Assembly (NCBI GenBank): GCA_050084985.1
Contig: JBITNC010000001.1
Location: 147,188,001 to 147,252,000 of the forward strand
Direction of reading: 5' to 3'
Length of the DNA stretch: 64,000 nucleotides
DNA from: Nageia nagi
Taxonomy: Eukaryota; Plantae; Pinophyta
Shown: positions 52,201 through 64,000 of the stretch, piece after piece
Layout: the number at the start of each line of letters is the position of its first letter
Position numbering within the stretch: the first letter of the stretch is position 1
The notes under the pieces: model-generated
What the model was told of the DNA's origin: nothing
The model's input: the letters and a program-made list of their open reading frames with translations, nothing else
The model's database searches: none
Made by a program: the position numbers and the translations under genes

Positions 52201-55200
52201 AGTATCATGTTAGATTTAGACCATACTATTTGTATCTAGCATGGGATGAGCTCAAGATCAATATTATAGGAATTAGATAGGCACAAGTACTTAATGATCA
52301 ATAGACTATGTTTCTTGAATAATTCTAATTTTACCATATTAGGTGCCAATTTGCACTAGTGCAAGATGTCCCTTTAGAGCTTATGAGGTATTAGCAAGAG
52401 GGGACTCTCCTTATTAATGGTCTCCAAACCTTAGTTTATGTAGAGCATGACCCTACTCAGGAGGAGGGTCTTGATGAGGAGATGAATGATGATGATGTGG
52501 GTGTGACTAAGATTTTTGCTGCCTAGTGAAAGGTTGAGCATGAGGAGGGATATGAGGAGGATTAGGGAGGATGAGTGCATCAGCATGTATAGGACTCTAG
52601 GGTTATACTTAGTGTGACCAAAGGTCAAGATATCAAGATGGGAGTTGAAGGAGATATCCTAGAGGTAGGCATATAGGGTGATGAGGATGTTCTTCATACT
52701 AAGGAGGCTTGAGTGACAAAGATAGGTGAGGGAGTTCTAGAGGAGGAGGTACCTTCTCCTCAAATACTTAGTATTAATGCACTATAGTTTAGATCTTAGA
52801 CCTCAAGTTTTTATTATCCCAATCCTAATAATTGATTAATTAGTTCCATGGAGATAATGAGTTTGTACATGCTTAGTTAGAGTAGTATATACATTTAGAT
52901 AATGATAAGTTTAGGTATAGGAATAAGCATGATTGTGATAAGCAAAAGTGGGATACATCTAATCTATGTTTAAAACTTTTCAATAGTAGATTGGGGTCAT
53001 AGGTGCATCCATAAGCATAGAGAGGCAACCTTCATCTTTTGTTAGGTATATCTATAGGTAGTTTAACTATTATCATAGGCTTACTAATACATGGTTAATA
53101 TGTATTCTTACGCATGTTCCTGGTGTGGATTATCCTCTTCCTACTTTAGGTTATGTTCCTTTAGATGATTGTACACTTCTAGCAGCTATTGCTAATGGTG
53201 TACATGGTGTTTCTAGTGTACATTAAGGTTAGGTTAGATTTGCAATATCTTATAGCTAGGGTATGACTATTACTTCCTCACACCAACATCTTAGATCAGC
53301 TGAGTTATGAGCAATAGGGCATGAGTAGATTATAGGTAGTCCATCAGTGTCATATTAGAGAGGTAAAAAGGTTAGTGAGACTAATGGCTAAGGTGGTGAT
53401 GAGGGTAGTGAGTATGAGGATTCCATAGTAGATTGAGTATTATGATGTTTACTTTATATTATTGCTAGATATTGATATTATGTAATAGGCTTATGATCAT
53501 ATTTCATATTCATTTTTTGGATCATGGTGATCATGATCAACTATCATTGGGTGTGTAATGCATCCACTAATTATCATAAACCAAAGTCCTAATTTTTGAC
53601 CTAAATTTTTGTGTATTATAACATTTAAATAATCTAGGAATTAACCAAGTGATCCCACATGAGTTTGATATGTTGCTAGCTAGCTCAACACTCACATGGC
53701 AAGATTGGCCAAGAACTTGTGGTAACCAACCCTAATAAATTTTTCTAGTGTTCACTCTTCAACACTCACCCTATTGAAAAAATGCCTCAAAAGTAACCTC
53801 ACCATTCCTATTCCATGTCCCATGTGCAATAGGCTTTTTGATTACAATGTAGTGGTTTTCTACTTAGGGCCCATATCACCTAAGAGATCGCACTTCCACT
53901 AAGTTAGTCATCATCTCTTGATGGAGCAGTTAACTTATCCTAGGCAAGTTTCCTTATGAGTGGGTAGCATCACCTATGGAATAATCATCATGTCCTTATT
54001 TGCTAATTGTAAGTGATATAGCTACTAATTACCCTCACTTGGTAATACTAGTTTTTCTAATTGCTATCCTTGCCTAACTCACCTATCAAAAGATATGAGT
54101 ACTAACCTACCCATAACTATCAGCTAGGCCCACCATGTGGTTCAGCATCCTCATGCCCATAACTTGAGGAGCCATGGATATTAAATAATATCCTTGAGTG
54201 GTTGTTTAGTCTAATCTACTTTTAAATGTGTTGACAAAATAATCACCTATGTCCTATTGACCATAAACTAATGTTTTCAATAGTGGATACAAGATGTGTT
54301 TTAAAGTTTAACACTATTCATTCTTTCCCACAAGGAGTACCTTATAATTCTTAGTTATAGCTTGTGTAAGAAGTCACATATTTTCTTATTTATCCAATAC
54401 ATATTATATTGCATATATAGATCTAATTTTTAAAATATCTCTTGAATACATAAAGTAACAAGTTGTTAGAGAAAATCTTGCCACTATTGCCACAAAAGTA
54501 ATGAGATGCTAAGTGGTCCTCATGCAAAGAATATTCTTTTTGTTTATTTTCTAGTAGGGTAGGTTTACTTGCAAAGGTTCTTTGCCACATTTCTTTCATT
54601 TGTACTAAAATAATATTGAATAATTCTATTTATTTCATTGGGTCCCATTGATATCCAACTTGATTCTAAGGATCCCTAAGATATCCCAAATGCTCACAAA
54701 TTATCATTTGAAACCTTAATTCTAGTTTAGGGTTAATTCTAAGTTGTTGGTATAATTTTGGATTTATCAAGATTAAGAACCTAATTAACCTATGACAACT
54801 ACCTAATAAGTATTAATTCTTACTCCTATTTATCAAAACATAAAACTTAACATGTAATAAGAGATAGCAAATTCATCTACCTTTCATTTATCATTCAATA
54901 TACTAACAAGAGATTCATATAACACAATCCTCATTAAGCATTTTTAAGTTAATAATCAATTACAAGAAGCTTGAATACATCTTGAAATTTCATTTTTCAA
55001 CATATACAATAATGACATAGCTTCCATAAACTTATTACAAGACATTAATACATCATAAGGCTAATACACTTTAATGAATTTGGTAACTCATCATCATCAT
55101 CTCATAATAAAAATTAAATATGACATTGTTACTTATTAAGTCATTCTATGCCTTTTTGTGGAAACACATCCATAGATCTTCAAATAATGAGCATCAAGCA

Positions 55201-55699
55201 TCTCCATCATTCTTTGAACAATAACCATTGAACATCGATCATTCCCTTGGAACTTGATGGTTGGATCAATTACTAGGAGCGAGGAGGATTATGAAAACCC
55301 TTTTTAAACTTGACCATTATGCAAATAAATTTAACTATAGAACTCAGGACAAATTATCTCCTTTACTTGGTCAATGTACATTAATCTATTATTTATTAAT
55401 TCATCTTAAATAATTAAATCATTCACAATAAGTTCTTGGATACCTTAATAATTAATTAATAAAATTGGTACTATTTGAATTATTTTACTAAATATTATAC
55501 CAATATCAACATCTCAAAACCATAGTTTATTTAATACAAGATTCTAAATAATTCTTGAATTACTTATTTAAAAATATTAAACATACTTATCACCTCATTA
55601 TATACTAATTAGTTTAATTGACAAACTTAGATAATAATAAGAAAACATATTTTTATTACTTCATATATTCTTCACTTTCACATGAATTTAATAATATTT

Positions 55700-56585
55700 T
55701 TTTACTAAACATCATATTAAGACATTAATAAAATTCATGTCAAAATAAATTCATTAATCTCTAACTAAAGGCATAAGAAGAAATGTTTCACTAATCTCCT
55801 TAAAATATCATAAAATACATAATACAATTTATACATGAAATTTTCTACCCCTACAATTAAATAAAAACAAAATAACATCCCACTCCTTTACTTTTTAAAG
55901 AAAATGACATTGCACCAACCTTTGAATAAAATAACCAATATGTCTCTTGAAAGATTACAACATTTCAATCAATAATTAATGAAACTTTATCATATTAGGA
56001 ATTTAATAAAATTTATGTTATTTATTAAACTTTAGCTAAAGGCATAAGAATAAATATTTTACTAGATTGTTTAAAATATCATAATATAATTTGTACATGA
56101 AATTTTCCACTCCTACGTCTAAATAAAAAGAGAATAACAAAAACCAATTCCACTCCTTTACTTAAAAATAAATGACATGGTAACAACTTTTAATTGAAAT
56201 GACCATTATGTCTCTTCAAATGCCACAACACTTCAAACAATAATTATTTATATAAAACTTTATCAAATATTACAATAAACATTATATTAAGAATTTAATA
56301 AAAATTTATGTCAAAATAAATTTATTAAATTCTAAATAAAGGCATAAGGGTGAAATATTTGACTAGTCTCTTTAAAATATCATAATACAACTTATACATG
56401 AATTTTTTTTAACCCCTATATCTAAATAAAAAAATGAATAAAAAAAAAATCCCACTCCTTTACTTTTTAAAGAAAATGAAATGGTAACAATCTATAAATA
56501 AAAGAATCACTATGTCTCTAACCATTTCTAACAACCATTAATTCTATGAAGCTTTACCAAACATTATGATAAACATCATATTAAA
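55700..56585. repeat. Three AT-rich tandem units of ~270-300 bp inside the Tekay 3' LTR
   Basis: 'taaaggcataag..aaaatatcataa..tacatgaa.ttt..ccactcctttactt..aaatga' recurs at ~55765, ~56035 and ~56335. Confidence 0.85.
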
Positions 56586-57699
56586 TATCTCAAAATAAGA
56601 CTAGCTTAATAACAAAAAAAAAATGTAAAAGAATGCACCTTGACTTGAAGAGGAAAGAGAGACTTGTTTTCTTCACGTAACTTTGCACCAAGCTTGAGAA
56701 TAACCAAAATAAAATGAAAGTAGCAAGAGATAGATAGGTAGTTGTTGTTGGTCTCTTTTCAATGCTCTACTCTTTTATTTATAGCTAAAGTGGCTCAAAT
56801 ATGTTCAAATGGATGTCTCCTCACACCCTCAATAATTTTAGGTTAGGTTTGCTTAAAGTTGGAACTGATGGTAATGGCATTTAATACTATGGAATCTTTT
56901 TTAATAGTTGATTTAGTGCCAACTCTTATCCACACCTAATGTAAAAATACAAAACTAAGTAAGCCCATTTCTCTATTATTTTCCTAGATATTAAATATCA
57001 TATCATACCAAAAAGAGACCATAGTCTTTATCTAATAGTGCTTTTACTATTAGCCCTATGTGGTAATAGGATGTACACTCATATTCAACTTTTACCCCAT
57101 TAAATTTATTTTTATAACCTTATAATAATTTTCAAATTTACCTATAGGTATATCCCTTTTTTCTCTCCATTTCAAAATTTGAATTTCAAAAATACCAAAT
57201 AAGGGAAAACACATCTTTACCTATGATGGTCACCTCATCCTGCAGAGTGAGGTTAATCCACATATTTTTGTAAACATATTTTCATCAAGAAATCAACAAT
57301 CACAATAATAATTCTACATGCATCTACATGATTTACAATGGTCATAGGGTGTGTCAGAAATTCAATGCCAATCATTTCCTCCTCTTATCCTTTTGTTCCT
57401 ATCACTAATTCACCTTTGGTTTGTAGGGTCTTTGGGTTGCTTCTCCACTCTACGACCTATGTCAAAATATCTCAAAGTTAGCATCAAATTGTCATAAATA
57501 ATACATATTCCCATATCAAACTTGTCATTAGCATAGTATTATGCAAACATAATTCATTCAAATCCTCGATGGTAGTCAAGGTCAAATAGTTTCTTGAGGT
57601 GGGTCATGACATACACCCCTCTTAAAAGGAACATAGTCCCCTATTGTTCTTACATATAAACACAAACTTACAAATATTTCAAAGACTTATTTAAATAAA

Positions 57700-60600
57700 T
57701 GAATATGGAAATTATCTTTGCATAGTAGCTATATCTTCCCATGTAGAAGATGACTCAGAGTATTTATCCCATTGAACTAGACATTCATTAATTTCTCTAT
57801 TTCTTAGCTTCCTAGTCCTAAAAGCTAAGATCTTGATAGGGAGTACGTCAATGATATGAGGGTCCAACATCTATAATTTATATAAATCCAAAACATGAAA
57901 AGGGTCAGCAACATATTTTTGTAATAAGGAGACATAAAATACATCATGTATTTTGGACAAACTTGGTGGCAAGGAAAGTTTGTAGGCTACTCGACTCTTC
58001 TTTTCTATAATTTCAAAAGGACTAATAAATCAAGGATCCAATTTAGTTGACTTTATGGCACTTTTTATGGGTCAAACATGTAAGAATACCTTATCACCCA
58101 TGGCAAATTCTCAAAGAGTTCTTTTAAGATCAACATAACTCTTTTATCGATCTATAGCTTCTTTCAACTTTTGTTGAATGGACTTGAGCTGCTTCTCCAT
58201 TTGCTTTAGCATTTTTGGTTGGATCATCACTCGATACTCCTGATTATCCCATGTCAAAGGAGTTTTGCATCTCTTTCCATACAATGCTTTGAAAGGAGCC
58301 ATTCCTAAAGATGAATGATAGCCATTATTGTATGCAAACTCAACCAAATAAAAATAATCTTCCCATTTGATCTTTTGTTCCATGCAATACATTCTAAGCA
58401 TGTCCTCAAGGACTCTATTCACACATTCTATCTATTCATCTATTTCTAGATGGTAAGCTGATCTCGTATTTAACTTTGTACCCAATGCTTTATGTAATAA
58501 TTTTTAGATATTGAAGTGAATTTAGAATCCCTATATGAGATTATCACTTTAGGAAATCCGTGTAATCTAAAAATTTCTTATGCAAACTTATTAGCTACTA
58601 TAAGGGAATCATCTATGGTGTTATTAGGCATAAAATGAGCAACCTTGGTTAAATTCTCAACCACAACTAATATGGAGTCATGATGAAATCTGGTTTTTGA
58701 CAAACTAACTATGAAATCTATTGAAATCACTTGCCATTTCTATGTTAGAATATCATGGGGATACAAATATCCACCTAGATGTTGATGTTCTGCTTTCATT
58801 TTCTAACATTCCAAGTATCTTGCCACAAATTTTGTTATATCCCTCTTCATTCCATCTTAGCAAAAATTCTTTTTTAGATCTTCTTACATATTTATACCCT
58901 TTAGATGTACTACATATAGGGGACGATGGGCTTTTTTGTAGGATTAAATTTCTTAAATCTAATTTTTTGGGATGATTAATCTATCTCTAAAATACAACAT
59001 CCCATATTTTTTAGCAAAGTCATATGATGAAGGACTACCTTTTTCTATTATTTCCTTAATATATTTATAGTATGAATCCTCTTATTGTAATATTCTCACT
59101 TGATCAAACAAGTTGTACTAACTTCTTGTCATGGCATTTACATGTCTTCTTTAACTTAATGCATCTACCACATTATTTTCTTTACCCTTCATATACTCAA
59201 TACCAAAATCATACTTGATAAGGAATTCCATCCATTGCCTTTGTCTAGCATTTAAGTTAGGTTGATTGAAAAAGTATTTCAAACTTTGATGATCTATTTC
59301 CAATGTAAAAGGTTTTTCTAACAAGTAATGTATCCACATCTTTAGTGCATGCACTACAGCTACTAGCTCAAGATTTTGTATAGCATAATTCAACTCATGA
59401 AGTTTTAACTTTTTAGACTCATATGCTACAATATTTCTATTTTTCTATAGTACTCCACTTAAACCTTATAATGATGCATTTGTACATACTACAAAGTTAT
59501 CATGTGGGTCAGAGATAGTGAGAACTAGTGCAGAGGTAATATATTCCTTTAGAGTTGGGAAATATTTTTCACACTTCTCTATCTACTTAAACACTTTATT
59601 TTTCTTCTGTATACTAGTGATAAGATTTGATATCTTTAAAAAATCCTTAATAAATATTTTGTAATATCTAGCTAATCCCATGAGAAATTTTACTTCAGTC
59701 ACATTGGTTGGCATAGGCCAACTCATTATTGCTTCTACCTTTTTAGGGTCAACTAAGATTCCTTTTGCATATATAATGTGACCTAAATATTGAATGTGAG
59801 AAATATAAAAATCACACTTAGATAATTTACCATATAGTTTATGTCATGTCAAAACTTCTAAGGCTAATCTCAAATTATGGTTATGCTTCTCTTCATTCCT
59901 TGAGTATATGAGGATATCATCTAAAAAGACTAGCACAAATTTGTCTATGTATTCTTAGTAATAATTATTTATCAGATTCATGAATGCTATAGGAGCATTC
60001 ATTAATTTCAATGGTAATACCATAAACTCATAATATCCATTCTAAGTTTTGAAGGTTGTTTTATAGGTATCTGATTCTTTTATCCTTAATTGGTGATAAC
60101 CTGATCTCAAACTTATCTTAGAAAAGATAGTAGCATCTTTGAGTTGGTCAAACAAGTCATCAATTCTAAGTAGAGGATACCTATTTTTGATGGTTACCTT
60201 GTTCAAAATCCTATAGTCAATACATAATCTCAATGTTCTATCCTTCTTTTTGATAAATAATATAGGAGCACCCTAAGGTGGTACACTAGGCTTTATCATT
60301 CCTTTTTCTAAAAGATCATGTAATTGTAGTTTTAACTCGCGCATCTCAATGGTGTTCATTCTATAGGGAGTTCTAAAGATAGGTTCAATTCCTAGCAATA
60401 GATCTATCAAGAAGTCAAATTCCTATTTTGGGGGTAGACCTAGTAAATCTCTGAGAAATACATTTTTATACTCTCTCAACATAGGATATTTGTTTAACAT
60501 TTCTACTTATTTATCTTTTTCTTTTACTTCTTTAACCTTAACTACAAAGATCATTTCACTTTTTCTAATACTTCTTCTCATTTGCATGGTTGTGACCAAG

Positions 60601-62160
60601 TAAGGTTCAAATGGTCCTTGATCACTGAATACCCTATGTCAATTTTGAGATAAATTAGTATATTCCATCCATCTCTCTTAAAAATTAATCAAGGTCCTAT
60701 GTGCCATTAACCAATCCATCCCTAGGATAATATCATAGGAAAATAAAGGAACCACATATAAATCCCCCTCAATAAATCCCTTGGGTAACTTGATCTCAAC
60801 ATTCCTAAAACATTGTTTGATATAACACTTTTGACCATATCCAAACTTTACTTTCCATCCATTTGTCAAAACTTTTGGTCCTTTAATCATGTATTTAACT
60901 AAAGAATTTGAAATGAAACTATTTGTTGCATCATAATCTATCAAAACTTTAAAATATTTGCCAAAAATTTTACCTAATATTTGAAGAGGTGTATCTTGTC
61001 CTTGAGCTTGTCCCAATCCAATCATTGCAAAACTTCGATGATCCTTTGGTGGATCTATCTTTAGACGACATTGATTTGAATAGTGTGCTCCACCACAATT
61101 TCAACATCCATCCTATAGAGCTTTCTTTTCCTCTAAATTATTATCCTTAGGTACATATTGGTTATTTCTTTGCTCATAAAAGTTAGGGTTTGGGTCTCTA
61201 ATTCCATGATTCCCATTACCATGATATTAATTCTATCTTTTGAAATGTTGATTCTTGTTATGGAAAGCATTCTTTTTGAAACCCTTATTCCTAAGTTATT
61301 TCTTCTAAAACCTTTGAAATTTTTTATCCTTATGATTTTGATTGATCTTTCTATTGCCATTGTGTAGAGCCTATTGCTTAACACCTTTATTCCTCTGGAA
61401 AGGTTCTTTATCTTTTTCATCTAGTACATAATTCATGAGGGTTTTTGTTATGCCCAAGTTACCTTTTGCTCTTTTAACTAGATTGTAAGCTTGTTCCAAT
61501 GTCTTAGGGTTCAGGATATTAACCATAGTCTTGATCTTGGAATCCAACCCCACAAGGAATCGATGAACCTTCAAGTGATTTTTATCATCTAGAACATACT
61601 TAATAAGTTTGACAAACTTTTGGTGATATGTTTACATACTCATGGAATCTTGTTGAAGTGTATAATATTCTTTATATTTATTATCAAAATAGACCTAAGG
61701 GATAAATCTCTTTCAAAATTCTTCCATAAATTTTGACCACTTCAAATACTAGATTCCATGCTTAACTTTGTAGGCATTCCACCATTCATGAGCAATATAT
61801 TGAAATTTGTAGGTAGCCCACATGGTTTTAGTTTTTGGTAATATATTTTTAATTGAAAAGTAAGTTTTAGCCTCCTCTAACCATACTTTAGCATGCTCAC
61901 CTTCTTACTTTCCAGTAAACTTGGGTATTTGAATTTTGTTCAGATTAGATGCAAGTTCTTATTCAATCCTTGCTTGAATTTGGTTGTTCAATCCACTTGA
62001 TCTTGCTTGAGCTATAAGAACTAGATTATATTCTTATGTTGGAGTATTAACTCTCTAAATTAGTAGGTTGTTTATCAAATCTTGCTATTTTTCTACCTAC
62101 TCTTCAAGTCTTGTGATGGCTTCTTCTCCTCTATTGATTTGATTGGAATGGCTAGAAGAA
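57700..62160 (-). pseudogene. Tekay gag-pol relic (gag, protease, RT, RNase H, integrase, chromodomain)
   Basis: PR: VLIDYDATNSFIS..YDIILGMDWL. RT: [42 protein letters not shown]: NYAIQNLELVAVVHALKMW..DHQSLKYFFNQPNLNARQRQWMEFL. INT: NRVLEDMLRMYC..VEFAYNNGYHSSLGMAPFKALYG. Chromo: RKLRNREINECLVQWDKYSESSSTWED. Confidence 0.93.
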
Positions 62161-64000
62161 CCTTTAGTATTATTTACAAGAACTTATCGATTGGCATTCT
62201 TCATTATTCTTCTTCTAACATTTTGTCTCCTAACATTTCTTTAGTTTGTACTAGCATTAGCATTCATAGGAAGGCTATTTATAGTACATTGTTTTAGGTT
62301 ACCTAAATCTCTAGTTACACATCTTGGGATTACCATAATTTGATTCAACCAAATGGTATTATTATTAGGCTCATGGGTACTCAATCTAGACTTCCTAAAT
62401 GTTCATAACAAAAAATTCATGGACCATAGGCTTGAGAGTTTGAACTTGTTGCTTTGATTCCAATGTAACACATCCACTAATTATCATCAACCAAAGCCCT
62501 ATTTTTTGACATAATTTTTTTTTTAATATTATAACATTCAAATGATTTAGGAATGAACTAGGTGATCCCACATGAGTTTAATATGTTGCTAGCTATCTCA
62601 GTAGTCACATGGCAAGATGGACCAAGAACCTAAGGTAACCACCCTTGATAATTTTTTTTGATGTTCACTTTTCAACACTCATCCTATTGAAAAGATGCCT
62701 CAAAAATAACCTCACCATTTCTATTCCATGTCCTATGTGCAATAGGCTTTTTGATTATGGTGTCATGGTTTTCTACTCAGGATCCATATCACTTGAGAGA
62801 TGGCACTTCTACTAAGTTACTCATCATCTCTTGATTATAACTACCATCTCATAGGAGTAGTTAACTTATTCTAGGCAATCTTTCTTATGAGTGGGTAGCA
62901 TCACCTATGGAACATTCATCATATCCCTATCTACTAATTGTAAGAACAAATACTAATTACCCTCACCTAGTAATAGTAGTTTTTCTAATTGCTATCCCCA
63001 CCTAACTCACTTATCAGAGGATATGAATACTAACTTACCCATAACTATCAGTTAATACCACCATGTGGTTCAAGATCCCCATGTCCATAACTTGGGGATC
63101 CATGGATATTAAACATTATCCTTGAGTGGTTATTTAGTCTAATATATTTTTAAATATATTGATAAAAAGAATGACCTATGTCCTCTTGACTATAAACTAA
63201 TGTTTTCAATAGTGGATATAAGACATGTTCTACATTTTAACACCATTCATTCTTGCCCCTGAGGAGTACCTCAAAAGTCTTAGTTATAGCTTACATAGGA
63301 ATTTACATATTTTCTTGTTTATCCAATAGACATCGTATTGTGTATATGGATCTACTTTTTAAAAGATATCTTGAATACATAAAGTAACAAGTTAGTAGGG
63401 AGAATCTTGCCACTATTGCTACAAAAGTAATGCGATGCTAAGTGGTCCTTATGTAAAAAATATTCCTTTTGTTTGTCATCTAGCAAGGTAGGTTTACTTG
63501 GCAAAGGTTCTTTGACACATTTCTTGCATTTTTCCAAAAAGAATCCTAAATAATTCCATTTATCTCATGGGGTCCCATTGATATCCAACTTGATTCTAAG
63601 GGTCCCTAAGATATCCCAAATGCTCACAACTTGTCATTTGGAACCTTAATTCTAGTATAGGGTTAATTCTAAGTTGTTGGAATAATTTTGGATTTATCAA
63701 GATTAAGAACCTAATTCACCTATGACTACTACCTAACAATATTAATTCTTACTCCTATTTATCAAAACATAAAGCTTAACATGTAATAAGAGATAGCAAA
63801 TTCATATACATTCCATTTATCATTCAGTATACTAATAAGAGATTCATAAAATATAATCATCATTAAGCATTTCTAAGTTAATAATCAATTACAAGAAGCT
63901 TGAATACATCTCAAAGTTTCATTTTTCAACATATACGATAATGGCATAGATTCGATAAACTTATTACAAGACATCAATACATCATCAAGCTAACACACTT

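Larger units (their letters stand above)
46382..53430 (+). pseudogene. Plant mobile domain (PMD, aminotransferase-like; MAIN/MAIL-type) pseudogene, split by a solo LTR
   Basis: LATLLQRWNSTTSTFYLLIGEMIIIMEEIHLLYHLPIHG matches the PMD motif L.ERW..ET.TFHLP.GEMTITLEDV..L.GLP..G. Then comes LQAWEYEYITVACP, and after the insertion VRFRPYY..IRCQFALVQDVP (cf. W.PY..RV.RQFG..Q.VP). A candidate GT-AG intron lies at 46480-46813. The 3' end is approximate. Confidence 0.78.
53554..64000 (-). mobile_element. Ty3/Gypsy chromovirus (Tekay/Del, family A), degenerate; 5' LTR runs off the window
   Basis: The 3' LTR spans 53554-57611 and the 5' LTR starts at 62464. A decayed tRNA-iMet PBS (tggaatcaaagc) is at 62451-62462 and a PPT (aagaggggtgta) abuts 57611. 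Internal gag-pol has a chromodomain. Confidence 0.93.

Noticed and set aside
1454-63537. Remaining 60-130-aa ORFs in the track
   Set aside because: Low-complexity I/L/F/K-rich chance ORFs, or fragments/antisense of decayed TE polyproteins already annotated.

Overview
A very AT-rich, CpG-depleted plant genomic window (probably a large-genome gymnosperm; this is inference from the PLS-PPR style, ~4-kb LTRs and heavy C>T/G>A decay). It consists almost entirely of old, nested Ty3/Gypsy retrotransposons. The only near-intact host gene is a CAF1/POP2 deadenylase at 4912-5719, which has a frameshift, altered catalytic residues and a tandemly repeated 3' end. A second, 5'-truncated and deaminated copy at ~20165-20640 lies in a local segmental duplication. 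Mobile elements include an Ogre/Tat element (8150-18940, TSD AAAAG) hosting a 2-kb non-autonomous LTR element, an Athila/Tat deletion derivative (30658-~44175), a Tekay chromovirus (53554->64000, minus strand), three TSD-flanked solo LTRs of that Tekay family, CRM-like gag/protease relics, an L1 ORF1 relic and a spliced plant-mobile-domain pseudogene. Most notable: all three Tekay solo LTRs carry PLS-class PPR gene fragments in the same slot just downstream of the LTR TATA box, always antisense to LTR transcription. The LTR of the internal-domain-bearing copy has a tandem repeat in that slot instead. All alignments and translations were done by eye, so boundaries marked ~ are approximate.
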